From an uncultured delta proteobacterium (GTDB lineage: Bacteria; Desulfobacterota; WTBG01; CAIYCZ01), in the NCBI GenBank assembly GCA_963803975.1, contig CAWDOY010000042.1, forward strand, positions 27,365 through 91,364: a stretch of DNA of 64,000 nt. Reading direction: 5' to 3'. Positions within the stretch are counted from its first letter, which is position 1. Each line of letters begins with the position of its first letter. The notes beneath the pieces are model-generated. The model did no database searches, had not been told where the DNA came from, and was given only the letters and a program-made list of their open reading frames with translations. Below are positions 29,881 through 40,788 of this stretch, piece by piece. Position numbers and translations under genes: made by a program.

Positions 29881-30463
29881 GGGCCCTCCTTATGCAGTAC
29901 CAAGAGATGGGAAGTAAAGAGATGATTGTGTGATGGTCGGTTATACGCAACTGAGCTATTATATAACAGGTAATAACCGGTTTTAAAAGGTTAAAATTTA
30001 TTGTGCCCGCAGATTGACACCCCATCTGCTTTTGATATTCGTTGTAACTTTACCCTCTTTGTGATTTAATTTCTTTCGCTGCAAGCGCTTCGGTAATGTT
30101 ACTGGTTTTATGAAAAACATTGAACCACCAGGACACGGAGACGCGCAAAAAGCGCAGAGTGTTGAGTCAAAGGCGGGAAAGGACGGGGGAATCGTGGCAC
30201 GCTTGCGGTGAGGGTGCCGAACAGTGGCTTGTGACAATTAAAGAAACCAGTTATCTCTGCGAACCCCGCGGACTCTGCGGTGAATGGAATTAATATTTTC
30301 GCTGTGTTCCCGCGCGATAGCTGCCGTAAAATAAGCTCTTGACAGAAAATTGCAGTTTCAATAAAATCTGCTTTCTGAAACAAATCCACCCTCAGCAGTT
30401 CACTACCATTTCTTATTCATTAGAGGTTAATCTTTTATTCCCGGGTGCAGGGAAAGGGTCACC

Positions 30464-31396
30464 ATGATTGAAGTTAACAATATAAGTAAAAGTTTTGGCC
30501 CGACACAGGCAGTAAAAAACGTCTCCTTTAATGTCAACAAGGGTGAGGTGGTGGGGTTCCTGGGCCCTAACGGGGCCGGCAAATCAACCACCATGCGCAT
30601 CCTTACCTGTTATCTGCCGGCTGATGCGGGCACGGCAAAAATTGCCGGCTTTGATGTTGCCACCCAGTCGTTAGAGGTGCGCAGGCGCATCGGCTATCTG
30701 CCGGAGAACAACCCGCTCTACATGGAAATGGGCGTGCTTGAATCGCTCTATTATATCGCCGCGCTGCGCGACATTCCGAAGGCCGCGCGGAAAGAAAAAA
30801 TCAGGAAGGCATTAGACCTGTGCGGCCTCGAGCCGATTTTGAGCAAGGACATCGGCGAGCTCTCCAAAGGATTCCGGCAGCGGCTGGGACTGGCCCAGGC
30901 CCTCATCCACGACCCGGATATCATGATTCTTGATGAGCCGACCATCGGCCTTGACCCCAACCAGATCATAGAGATCAGAAACCTGATCAAGTCAATCGGC
31001 AGGGAAAAGACCGTCATCCTGAGCTCCCACATCCTGCCTGAAGTTTCAGCCACCTGCGACCGGGTGCTCATCATAAACCGCGGCGAGATTGTCGGCAGCG
31101 GCACGCCCGGGGAGCTTGCTGCAATGGCAAAGGGCGGGCAGGCCGTTCACGCCAGCATTCGCGGCCCGCTTACTGACGTCACCGCGAAGCTTCAGTCTCT
31201 GGCCGGGGTGCGGGAGGTTTCTGTCACGGGGGAAGACAATGGCATAACCCGCCTCACCATCAAGACCGATCCCGGCACTGATCTGTGTGAAGAAATATTT
31301 TCCCTGGTTTCCCGGAACAGCTGGAGCTTAAGCGAGCTGTACCGTGAAACAATAACCCTTGAAGACGTGTTCCGCGAGCTCACACGGGAGGGATAG
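30464..31396 (+). CDS. ABC transporter ATP-binding protein (GldA-like)
   Basis: GFLGPNGAGKST, LSKGFRQR, ILDEPT.GLDP, SSHIL. Confidence 0.92.
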   Translation: MIEVNNISKSFGPTQAVKNVSFNVNKGEVVGFLGPNGAGKSTTMRILTCYLPADAGTAKIAGFDVATQSLEVRRRIGYLPENNPLYMEMGVLESLYYIAALRDIPKAARKEKIRKALDLCGLEPILSKDIGELSKGFRQRLGLAQALIHDPDIMILDEPTIGLDPNQIIEIRNLIKSIGREKTVILSSHILPEVSATCDRVLIINRGEIVGSGTPGELAAMAKGGQAVHASIRGPLTDVTAKLQSLAGVREVSVTGEDNGITRLTIKTDPGTDLCEEIFSLVSRNSWSLSELYRETITLEDVFRELTREG

Positions 31397-31405
31397 GTAC
31401 GCCGC

Positions 31406-32122
31406 ATGAAAACCATACTGACCATATTCTGGAAAGAGTTCAGGGGCTATTTCAACTCCCCCATTGCCTATATCTTTATCATCTCTTTTCTGGTGTTCAC
31501 CAGCTGGCTTTTTTTCAAGGGGTTCTTCCTCATGAACCAGTCCAGCCTGCGCTCGTTCTTTTCCATTCTGCCGTGGGTGTTTCTGTTCCTGGCGCCGGCG
31601 GTTACCATGCGCTCCTGGGCTGAGGAGAAAAAGCTCGGCACCATTGAGCTTTTGATGACGCTCCCGGTTAAGGACTACGAGGTGGTGCTGGGAAAGTTTC
31701 TGGCGAGCTTTATCTTTCTCATCGTCACGCTTCTGTGCTCTATTCCCCTGCCGCTGACGGTAATGCTGGTCGGGAACCCTGACATAGGGCCCATCTGGGG
31801 CGGCTATTTGGGAGCATTTCTGATGGGCGGGGCCTATCTTGCCATCGGCTGCTTTGCCTCAAGCCTCACCGAGAACCAGATTGTGGCCTTTATCATAGCT
31901 ATTTTTCTCTCCTTCGCCCTGCTCATTATCGGCGAGAACCTGGTGATCATGAACCTGCCCGCCGCGCTGGTGCCGGTGTTTACCTTCCTTGGCCTGGGCG
32001 CGCATTTTGAGAGTATCGGCAGAGGCGTGATCGATTCGCGGGATATCATTTATTATATTTCAATTATTGGATTTTTCCTGTTTCTCAACGGGCTGTCAGT
32101 TGAAAGCCGCAAATGGAAGTGA
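31406..32122 (+). CDS. ABC-2 permease (GldF-like)
   Basis: KEFRGYFNSPIAY, AEEKK.GTIELLMTLP, GKFLA, TENQIVA, RGVID.RD..YY. Confidence 0.9.
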   Translation: MKTILTIFWKEFRGYFNSPIAYIFIISFLVFTSWLFFKGFFLMNQSSLRSFFSILPWVFLFLAPAVTMRSWAEEKKLGTIELLMTLPVKDYEVVLGKFLASFIFLIVTLLCSIPLPLTVMLVGNPDIGPIWGGYLGAFLMGGAYLAIGCFASSLTENQIVAFIIAIFLSFALLIIGENLVIMNLPAALVPVFTFLGLGAHFESIGRGVIDSRDIIYYISIIGFFLFLNGLSVESRKWK

Positions 32123-32128
32123 TGAGAC

Positions 32129-33736
32129 ATGAAGCTTAAAAAAGTGAGATACGGTACAAACTATATACTGATGATACTGCTGCTCGCGGCAATCCTTGCG
32201 GTCATTAACATCCTGTCCTATCGCCACTTCCTGCGGGCCGACCTTACCGATAACCGGCAGTATACCATCACCGAGTCAACCAAGAAGGTGCTCGCGGGCC
32301 TTGATGATGTGGTCAACATAAAAGTATATTTCTCCCGCAAGCTGCCTCCCTATCTCACCACCCTCACCGACCAGATAAAGGACCTGCTCGACGAGTACCG
32401 CACCTATGCCAGGGGCAAGCTCGCTATTGAATTTATCGATCCTGCCAATGATCCGGCCATGGAGCAGCGGCTGCGCTTTCTCGGCATTCCCCAGGTGCGG
32501 CTCAATGTCATTGAGCGGGACCAGGCGCAGTTCACCAACGTGTATCTGGGCATGGCGGTGCTGTACGGGGATAACAAGGAAGTAATCCCTGCCATCACCG
32601 ATACCAACAACTTTGAATATGACCTCACGAGCAGGATTCTGCAGGCAATAAGTACCGAGGTCAAAACCATCGGGTTCTTAAGCGGCCACGGCGAGCCGGA
32701 TATAAACAAGGAGCTGAAAAGCATTCAGGGCCTCCTGCAGGACCATTACTCCTGCCGCAGCATAGACACGAAGAAGGATAAAAACATCCCTGCTACCATT
32801 GCCGCCCTGGTGGTGGCAAGCCCGAAGGAACTGTCCGAGCGGGAGAAATTTCTCATAGACCAGTACCTCATGTCCGGGGGCAGGGTGCTGTTTTTCATTG
32901 ACTCTGTTGCCATGGATGAGCGCCGGCTTGCAGCAACCCCGCTTGCCTCGCCGCTTCTTGAGTTGCTGGCGCACTACGGCGTCAAGCTGAACAATGAGCT
33001 GGTCCTTGACCGGTCCAATGCCACTGCCTCGTTTCAGAGCGGCTATTACACCATCTCGGTGCCCTACCCCTTCTGGGTAAAAATCATCAGGGACAATTTT
33101 GCTCAAGATAATCCCGCGGTAAACCAGCTTGAGAGCATGGTGCTTCCCTGGGCAAGCCCCCTTGAAATAGTAAAGGATAAAACAGCCGGGCTCCGGGTGA
33201 CCGAGCTTTTCAAAAGCTCGAAAGATTCCTGGGCCCAGAAAGAGGTCTTTGACCTGAGCCCCAAGGAAGAGTATTCCCCGGCACCCGGTGAGATGAAAGA
33301 ACGGATTATGGGAGTGGCGCTGAGCGGAAAGTTCAAGAGCTTCTATGCCGGGAAAAAAGTGCCGGCAGCGGACGAGGAGAAAAAGACCCCGGCACTGCCG
33401 CAGCAGAAAGAACCATTGTTTAAACCGGAGAGCACAGAAACAAAGCTCATCGTGGTCGGCAACTCACGGTTTATAACAGAGAATTTTCCGGCTGAGTTTG
33501 ACGGCAACCGCATCTTTTTCCAGAACGTAATTGACTGGGTCACGGTTGGTGACGCGCTCATCGGTATCCGCTCCCGCGAGTCAACAGACCGGCCGCTCAT
33601 GGTCGTTTCCGAACGGGCAAAGGCTGCCATCCGCTTCATCAATATCCTGGGCGTCTCGATTCTGGCAGGGCTGTTTGGCCTGGGCCGCTTTTATCTGCGG
33701 CGCAGAAGGAAAAAAAACGGGATACAAGAAATTTAA
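32129..33736 (+). CDS. ABC transporter auxiliary component (GldG-like)
   Basis: RADLT.NR.YT, EFIDP, EYDLT, GFLSGHGE, IDQYLM.GG, C-terminal TM + RRRRKK. Confidence 0.88.
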   Translation: MKLKKVRYGTNYILMILLLAAILAVINILSYRHFLRADLTDNRQYTITESTKKVLAGLDDVVNIKVYFSRKLPPYLTTLTDQIKDLLDEYRTYARGKLAIEFIDPANDPAMEQRLRFLGIPQVRLNVIERDQAQFTNVYLGMAVLYGDNKEVIPAITDTNNFEYDLTSRILQAISTEVKTIGFLSGHGEPDINKELKSIQGLLQDHYSCRSIDTKKDKNIPATIAALVVASPKELSEREKFLIDQYLMSGGRVLFFIDSVAMDERRLAATPLASPLLELLAHYGVKLNNELVLDRSNATASFQSGYYTISVPYPFWVKIIRDNFAQDNPAVNQLESMVLPWASPLEIVKDKTAGLRVTELFKSSKDSWAQKEVFDLSPKEEYSPAPGEMKERIMGVALSGKFKSFYAGKKVPAADEEKKTPALPQQKEPLFKPESTETKLIVVGNSRFITENFPAEFDGNRIFFQNVIDWVTVGDALIGIRSRESTDRPLMVVSERAKAAIRFINILGVSILAGLFGLGRFYLRRRRKKNGIQEI

Positions 33737-33789
33737 ATGCAGAAGGTTATTACGAGAATGATATTTTTTGTGAGAGAACGGAATCAGCC

Positions 33790-34861
33790 ATGAGCTTTAA
33801 GAAGACCATACTACTTGCAGCAGTGCTGTGCTTTCTACTCCTGGTGTTTTATATCATCGAGAGCCCGAAAAAAGATGCTAAAAAAACCGAGCACCCGCTG
33901 TTTATACCCGGGTTTGACAAGGCACAGGCAGCAGCTGTTTTTCTGACAAGCAAAACCCGGGGGGAAATTTCTCTGCAGAAGAAGGGAGACGGCTGGGCGG
34001 TAGCGGTGAATAAAAAAACCTATGCCGCAGACACGGCATCAGTTGATAACCTGCTCAACACCACGGCAAAAATACGGGTTGAGTCCATTGTCTCCCGGAA
34101 CGAGGGTAAATATAAGGCCTTTGAAGTAGACGCAGAGAACGGGGTTGACGTGCGGATTGATGACGCCGCACAGAAAAGCCTGGCGCGCTTTGTGGTGGGG
34201 AAAAGCGGCCCTGACCTGTTCAGCACCTATCTGCGGCTGGCAGATGCACCGCAGGTGGTGCTCGCCAGCGGCATGCTGAAAATGGCCTTTGACCGGGAGC
34301 TCAAGGAATGGCGCGATAAAACAATTTTCAGCCTGAACCAGCAGGAGATAACCGGGTACCAGGTGCAGGGGGACCTGCACTATCAGATGCAGAAAGCGGC
34401 AAGCGGCGCCTGGGAGATGATTGCCCCGGAAAAGTTCGAGCCGAAAAAGGAAATAGTTGAAGACTGCCTGAAAAACGTCTGCAGCGCTTAAGGCCGCGGA
34501 TTTTGCCGAAGGCAGGCTGCAGGATTTCCAGCTGGATAAGCCGATGCGGGAGATTATCATAACCATGAAAGGCGGCGGGTCCTCGAAGGCGCTTCTCATC
34601 GGCAAGGAGAAAAACGCTTTTCAGCGCTTCGTAAAGACAGCGGATGCAGACACCGTCTATGTGCTGGAGAGCTATAACCTGGAAAAGCTGAGTCCGGCGC
34701 TTGCCGTGCTCAAGCTGGGCGAAGCTGCAAAAGCCGCAGCACAGGCCCCGGCCCCTGACAAAAAACAGGAGCCGGAGGTTAAAAAAGAAGCAGCACCGCA
34801 AAAAAAGGCGGCAAAGCCGGCCGGGACTTCATCCGGCAAAAAGAAAAAAAAGAAAAGGTAG
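33790..34861 (+). CDS. DUF4340-like protein (frameshift near 34478) with Lys/Ala-rich tail
   Basis: N-terminal TM, WRDKTIF, repeated domain; usual position after GldAFG homologues. Confidence 0.7.
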
Positions 34862-34896
34862 CGGCATCCCGCACCGTATCCTTTCACTGCGACCTG

Positions 34897-35602
34897 ATGA
34901 TTGAGACCTTTGTACTGCGTGTTGATAATAAATCCATCTGCGGGGTCCTGCACCTTCCTCTCCTTGAAAAGCCCCCCTGTGTCATAACCTGCCATGGCCT
35001 GTTCAGCTCCAAAGACAGTGATAAATTTCTCTCCATAGCGAGGGTTTTTACTGACCGGGGCATAGCGGTTATCCGCTTTGATTTCAGCGGCTGCGGGGAA
35101 AGCACCGGGTCAATTGCAGACACCACGGTAACAGGGAGGCTTGCGGAGCTGACGGCAGTGGTACAGTTTGCCAGACAGCATCAGCTGCCTGGCCCGCGTC
35201 TCGGGCTCCTGGGAAGTTCCCTGGGCGGCTATCTATCACTGCTGTATGCAGCACAGGATACCGTCAATCAGAGCACTATCCGTCTGGGCCACGCCGTTCA
35301 GCCTGCCCGGGTTGCGGGAGAGCATCCCGCCGGAAGAGCTGTCAATGCTGAAGGAGGATTTTTTCATTGATGCACGGCGCTTTGACCTTTCGACCCTGTT
35401 GCCCGCGCTGCACTCCCTCTTAATACTGCACGGCACCCAGGATGAGATCGTGCCGTACGCGCATGCAGAAAAAATTTTTCAGCTGGCAGGAAGCCCCAAA
35501 GAACTCAAGCGTATCGCTGGTGGAGATCATTCATTGACTGTCCCGAAAGGCCGGGAGCAGGCAATTCAGAAAAGCGCTCTCTGGTTTCAACGGTATCTGT
35601 AA
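34897..35602 (+). CDS. Alpha/beta hydrolase (frameshift near 35262)
   Basis: CHGL, RFDFSGCGES.G, GSSLGG nucleophile motif, HGTQDEIVP, GGDH. Confidence 0.85.
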
Positions 35603-35691
35603 AAACACCCGGCGCCGACATTCATTATTTTCCCTGCTTTACTATTTCCCAAATAAAGTTTATATATTTACAAATATATGTTATATTTTTC

Positions 35692-36714
35692 ATGCTTATG
35701 AAAAAAGACGCAAACCTCTACGACATAAAATCAGCCCGGGAAGACCTGCCCCTTTCCCGGTCCGAGCTTGAGCACCGGCATCGCATGGTGGCGGAAAGCC
35801 CGAGCCTGAAACAGGTGATAAGCGAAGCGGTCAGGGCAGCGCGCTCCGGGAGCACCATCCTTATTACCGGTGAAAGCGGTACCGGCAAGGAGCTTATCGC
35901 ACGGCTGGTTCATAATGTCAGCCCGCGCAGCGAGCAGCCCTTTGTTGTGGTAAACTGCGGTGCGCTGCCGGAGACGCTTCTTGAGACCGAACTGTTCGGC
36001 CACGAAAAGGGCTCTTTCACCGGAGCCCTGTATCGCAAAATCGGCCTGTTTGAAACAGCCAGCAGCGGCACCATCTTCCTTGATGAAATCGGCGAGATGA
36101 GCCCTGCCATGCAGGTCAAACTTCTGCGGGTGCTGCAGGAAGGCACCTTTAATAGAATCGGCAATTCTGCAACCATCAGCGTGGATGTGCGGGTCATCTC
36201 TGCAACCAACAAGGACCTGCGCGAGGAATTGAAAAAGAGAAAATTCCGTGAAGACCTGTTTTACCGTCTCAATGTGATTCATCTCGCACTGCCGCCGCTT
36301 CGCCAGAGAAAAGAGGATATAGCGCACCTGGCCGGTTTTTTCGTCAAGCGGCTGAAGGAATCATTCGACCTGAAAGAGCTGAATATCTCGGAAGAGGCGA
36401 TGAAACTCATCGCCGGCTACAGCTGGCCGGGGAATGTGCGCGAGCTGGAAAATGCCATCGAGCGGGCAGCGGTGATGGGCGACGGGCGCGAGATACTTCC
36501 GCAGGATCTGATACTGCACAGGAACGAGCCTGCTGCAGAAGATCATATCGAGGTAGGCATGACGCTCCAGCAGGCGCTGGATGGCTTTAAAAGGGATTTT
36601 ATTAAAAAGACCCTGCAGCTCACCAAAGGTAACCGCAAGAAAGCTGCAGAAATACTTGACATACAGAGAACCTATTTATCACGGCTCATTAAAGATTATG
36701 ATCTGGATGTCTAA
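35692..36714 (+). CDS. Sigma54-dependent transcriptional activator (AAA+ and HTH, no evident sensor domain)
   Basis: GESGTGKE, ELFGHEKGSFTGA, FLDEIGEM, FREDLFYRL, WPGNVRELEN. Confidence 0.92.
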   Translation: MLMKKDANLYDIKSAREDLPLSRSELEHRHRMVAESPSLKQVISEAVRAARSGSTILITGESGTGKELIARLVHNVSPRSEQPFVVVNCGALPETLLETELFGHEKGSFTGALYRKIGLFETASSGTIFLDEIGEMSPAMQVKLLRVLQEGTFNRIGNSATISVDVRVISATNKDLREELKKRKFREDLFYRLNVIHLALPPLRQRKEDIAHLAGFFVKRLKESFDLKELNISEEAMKLIAGYSWPGNVRELENAIERAAVMGDGREILPQDLILHRNEPAAEDHIEVGMTLQQALDGFKRDFIKKTLQLTKGNRKKAAEILDIQRTYLSRLIKDYDLDV

Positions 36715-36760
36715 TAACAGCGAACGTTATGAGACATCCAGATCATGCAGCATATATATA

Positions 36761-37192
36761 TTATATCTCTTCGAGCAGCGTTGAGAATATATCGTGGTGT
36801 TCCTCTTCATCAGCTAAAATCTGGCGGAAGAGTCGATTGGTCACCTCATCATTTTCTTTCCGTGCCACGGCAATGATCTTCCGGTAGAGTGCGATGGCGA
36901 CCTCCTCGTCTTTCTGGTCCTGCCTGATCATTTCCTTCAGGCTGCCCCCCACTTTAATCGGATCAGGCTTGGTAGTGGGGATGCCGCCGAGATAGTTAAG
37001 CCGCTCGGCAATCGCTTCCGCATGCTTCATCTCCTCTATGGCAATACTTTTCAACTCGTCCTTGACGGCAAACCCCTTTACCCCGCTCCACAGAACATGC
37101 TGCCACATGTACTGTACTGCGACCTGTATTTCCCGTGCTATGGCCTGGTTCAGCAGATCCATTAATGCTTTTGATGCTTTTGGTTTTTTCAT
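36761..37192 (-). CDS. Ferritin-like (bacterioferritin-related) protein
   Basis: E..A..QY..QH, EEMKHAE..AER...LGG.P, E..AI..Y, DEEEH diiron motifs. Confidence 0.85.
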   Translation of the reverse strand: MKKPKASKALMDLLNQAIAREIQVAVQYMWQHVLWSGVKGFAVKDELKSIAIEEMKHAEAIAERLNYLGGIPTTKPDPIKVGGSLKEMIRQDQKDEEVAIALYRKIIAVARKENDEVTNRLFRQILADEEEHHDIFSTLLEEI

Positions 37193-37305
37193 GACTTTTT
37201 CCTCCTCCTGTTCAACGGGTTGTATATTGCCGCAAAGGGCACTCGAGGAACCTCTGCGGTAATTTATAAAACTATATTAGTTTAGATAGAGGCTGGAGTC
37301 AATAG

Positions 37306-37457
37306 CAGGCTGTTGAAAAACATTCATCTGCTGCGTTGCGCTCATCCTTCGTCATTGAGGCGTTATTGTAACATACGCCTCATTCCTCGTGATTTCGTGC
37401 GCCTTGCATCCGGATGTTTTTGACCAGCCTGGGGAAAACAGCTTTTTCAACAACATG
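37306..37457. mobile_element. 152-bp MITE, copy 3 (more diverged)
   Basis: CAGGCTGTTGAAAAA...TTTTTCAACAACATG; same length and body as the other copies; flanks ATAG/AAAG. Confidence 0.8.
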
Positions 37458-37473
37458 AAAGAGGAAGCGCGGA

Positions 37474-38190
37474 TTATTGCAGCAGGGAGAGGTCAATGTG
37501 TGAGCAGACCAGGGATGAGAGCAGTTCAAGGTTTTGCCGATCCTTTGCTGGTATGTACGGAACAACGCCCAGCAGCGGAACGCGGGAGAATTTTTCAATC
37601 ACCGCCGGGTTTGTTTCCTCTGCTTCGTCAGGCTCCGGGCTGGTCTTGTTAAGTATGATTCCGCGCACCTCAAGGCCTTCGCTTTGCGCCTGTTTTACGG
37701 TGAGCAGCGTGTGGTTGATAGTGCCGAGAAAGGTGCGGGCTATGATGATAACGGGAAGATCGAGCAGCCGGATAAGATCAGCGGTCAGAAGCTGCTGCGT
37801 TATTGGCACCATGAGACCGCCGGCACCCTCTACCAAGACCAGGTCATAGCGCGCTGCAATACGGGCAAACGCTGTGGTGACCGTTTCAATGTTGATGACA
37901 ATGTTTTCCGCTTGTGCTGCCACGCCGGGGGCAAGGGGCCGCGCTAAAGCATACGGGCAGATGAGCGAGAGGTCGTCGGTAGCGCCGGCCATTTTTTTCA
38001 AGAACAGGGCATCCGCAGGGATAAGCTGCCCGTTCTCCCGCCGGCAGCCGCTTTCAAACGGCTTCATTACCCCTACACGCCTTCCGGTTGCGGTCAGAGC
38101 TTTTGCCAGCGCACCGGCGATAAGTGTTTTGCCAACGCCCGTATCAGTTCCGGTAATAAAGAAGCCGCGCGAGGAGGGACGGTTCTGCAT
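37474..38190 (-). CDS. bioD: Dethiobiotin synthase
   Basis: FITGTDTGVGKT, MKPFESG, LVEGAGGLMVP, LGTINHTLLT. Confidence 0.95.
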   Translation of the reverse strand: MQNRPSSRGFFITGTDTGVGKTLIAGALAKALTATGRRVGVMKPFESGCRRENGQLIPADALFLKKMAGATDDLSLICPYALARPLAPGVAAQAENIVINIETVTTAFARIAARYDLVLVEGAGGLMVPITQQLLTADLIRLLDLPVIIIARTFLGTINHTLLTVKQAQSEGLEVRGIILNKTSPEPDEAEETNPAVIEKFSRVPLLGVVPYIPAKDRQNLELLSSLVCSHIDLSLLQ

Positions 38191-38192
38191 AC

Positions 38193-38672
38193 TTATTTCA
38201 GCTTATTTTCCAGCTGCTGGTAGAGGTTATCAGCAGCACTGGGGTCCTCATTGTTGTGCTTCCAGCCGGCATTGGGGTTCTGGTCTTTTGATTTTTCTTT
38301 AAAGCGCAGGTCACTTTTATCGAGGATATCACGCTGTTCCATATCTCTTTCAAGCAAAACCAGGGTGCCGTCTTTTTTTTGCTTAACTTGAGCTTTGATC
38401 CTCCACCTCCAGGTCCCCTCGGTGGTCAGCTGGGTCGCCCACTCGGTCTCTATGTAACCCTTTTTCTTGTTCACTTTTTTATCAACGCAGCCCAGGTCCG
38501 TAAAAATGAGATTATGCACCGCGTCCCAGACCTTGTCATAAGGCTCAGGGTAGAGCTTTCCCTCAGGGAAGCTTGATTCCTTTACTGGTTTTTTGCCAGC
38601 GCACCCACTGTAAAAAATGGTTGCTACAATAAAAAAACCAATTAGTATAGAAACGTAATGACATTTTTTCAT
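38193..38672 (-). CDS. Hypothetical lipoprotein
   Basis: Lipobox YSGC; YDKVWDAV, GYIETEW pattern (BamC-like, weak). Confidence 0.7.
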   Translation of the reverse strand: MKKCHYVSILIGFFIVATIFYSGCAGKKPVKESSFPEGKLYPEPYDKVWDAVHNLIFTDLGCVDKKVNKKKGYIETEWATQLTTEGTWRWRIKAQVKQKKDGTLVLLERDMEQRDILDKSDLRFKEKSKDQNPNAGWKHNNEDPSAADNLYQQLENKLK

Positions 38673-38813
38673 ATAGCCAACCCCTTCCAGAATATGTTTG
38701 TTATGATTTATATCTTTAACCAGTTCTCTCCTGGAGGATAATTTACACCATTACGAGTAGAATGGAACAAAAATGTTATTCAAGCATTCTTTTTTGTGGA
38801 GACGATTTGATTC

Positions 38814-40525
38814 ATGAATATCTTTAAGCCGGATTTAATTCTCCTGCATGCCCCCAGCGTTTATGACTTCCGCAAGGAGCCGATCATGTTCGGCCCCATA
38901 AGCGACGTCATTCCCTCCACCGCGGTGTTTGAGATGTACCCGGTCGGCTTTTCTGCCATCTCAGAATACCTGGGGGAGCGGGGCTTCAGCGTGCGGATTA
39001 TAAACCTTGCCTTCCAGATGCTTGATGATCCCGCCTTTGACCCGGAACAGCTGCTGAAGAAACTCTCCCCGATTGCTTTTGGCATTGACCTCCACTGGCT
39101 TCCCCATGCGCACGGAAGCCTTGCGGTGGCGCGGCTCTGTAAAAAATATCACCCGCACATCCCGGTCATATTCGGCGGCTATTCTGCAACCTATTTCCAT
39201 GAAGAGCTGATCCTTTATCCGCAGGTTGATGTGGTGGTGCGGGGCGATTCCACGGAAGAGAGCGATGCTTCAGGTTCTTGACGCCATCAAAAATAACGGC
39301 AGCCTCAACGCCATCCCCGGCATTACCTGCAAAGAGAAGGGGAAGGTAACCATTAATCCGCCGGTACAGCCGGTATCGGACCTGAATCACTGCTCAAACA
39401 ATTATCTGGCCCTGTTTAAAAATTCCATTAAATTCGGCGTCAAAGGCTTCACCCCCATTTATGACTGGTGGGAATATCCCATAACTGCGGTCATGACCTG
39501 CCGTGGCTGCACGCAGAACTGCGTTATCTGCGGCGGCTCGCAGCTATGCGCTGAAAAAATTCTGCAGCCGCGAGGAGATTGCCTATCGCCGGCCGGAGCT
39601 GATTGTGGAAGATATGAAGAACATCTGCCGCTATACCCGCGCCCCGGTATTCGTGGTGGGAGATTTGCGGCAGCCCGGAGATGATTATGCAGAAACAATC
39701 CTGCAGGGCCTCAGCAACCTGAAATTCGACAACCGCGTGGTTATTGAGCTCTTTGAGCCGGCACCGGAAGCATACTTTAAAAGAGTTTCAGGATCAATCC
39801 GGCATTTTAATTTTGAAGTTTCACCAGAATCCCATGATGAAACAGTGCGGAGAGCCTCAGGGAAGCTCTACTCGAATCATGACCTGGAGGCCTCCATCAG
39901 TGCAGCGCTTACATACGGCTGCGAGAAGTTTGACATCTTTTTCATGATCGGCGTGCCCCGGCAGACCTGCCAGTCGGTGATGGAAACCATAGATTATTGC
40001 GATTATCTGATGCAGAAGTATGACCGGCGGCTCAATGCATTTATTTCTCCGCTGGCACCGTTTGTTGATCCGGGCAGCATTGCCTATGAAGAATCAGAGA
40101 AAGTCGGATACCGGATTTTTTACCGCACGCTTGAAGAGTACCGGACGGCGCTTCTTGCCCCGAGCTGGAAGCACACCTTGAGCTATGAGACGCGGTGGAT
40201 GAGCCGCGATGAGATCGCAGCAAGCACCTATGAAGCTGCCCTTCGCCTCAACCGGCTGAAAAGAAAGTACGGCCGCATTTCCGAGGAAGTATTTCAGGAT
40301 GTTGAAGGGAGAATTATCATAGCCGTGGAGCTTATAAAAAAGATAGATGAGATTATGGAGAAGGTTCCGGCTTCTGAACAGCGAAACGCCCTGCTCGCTT
40401 TAAAAAAAGATATTGACCGGGTCAATGAATCAACCCTGTGCCACACCGAAGAAATCAAATGGCCCACGGCTAAAAGCCCGTTCCGGTTTTTCAATATTGT
40501 GAAGGATGTGCTGATGGGGAAGTAA
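38814..40525 (+). CDS. B12-binding domain / radical SAM protein (TIGR04190-like); two frameshifts
   Basis: LLHAPSVYDFR..FEMYPVG, GIDLHWL.H.HG, CRGCTQNCVICGGS, SPESHDE, FFMIG.P.Q. Confidence 0.8.
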
Positions 40526-40788
40526 CGGCATGATCGCAGTGAAAAGGAGAATAGGTGAAAAGGTCAAGGGGCAGAGAGGCAGAGAGGTTTTACCTTTTAA
40601 CCTCTTAGCCTTTGGGCCTTTATTGGGCACGAGCCACGAGTCACTGGTCACGAGCCACTGAACCCCCATGTGCCCTGGTAAGGACAGCACTATAAATTTC
40701 CGGGGAACGTCCTGTTCTGTTTTGTCTTGATTAGGCAGGGGTTTACCTGTATTCTACTGCCATAAACTATATGCGGAGGGTTCCACTC

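Noticed and set aside
30464..34861. Gliding motility system
   Set aside because: GldA/F/G-like ABC sets are widespread, and no other gliding or T9SS genes are present.
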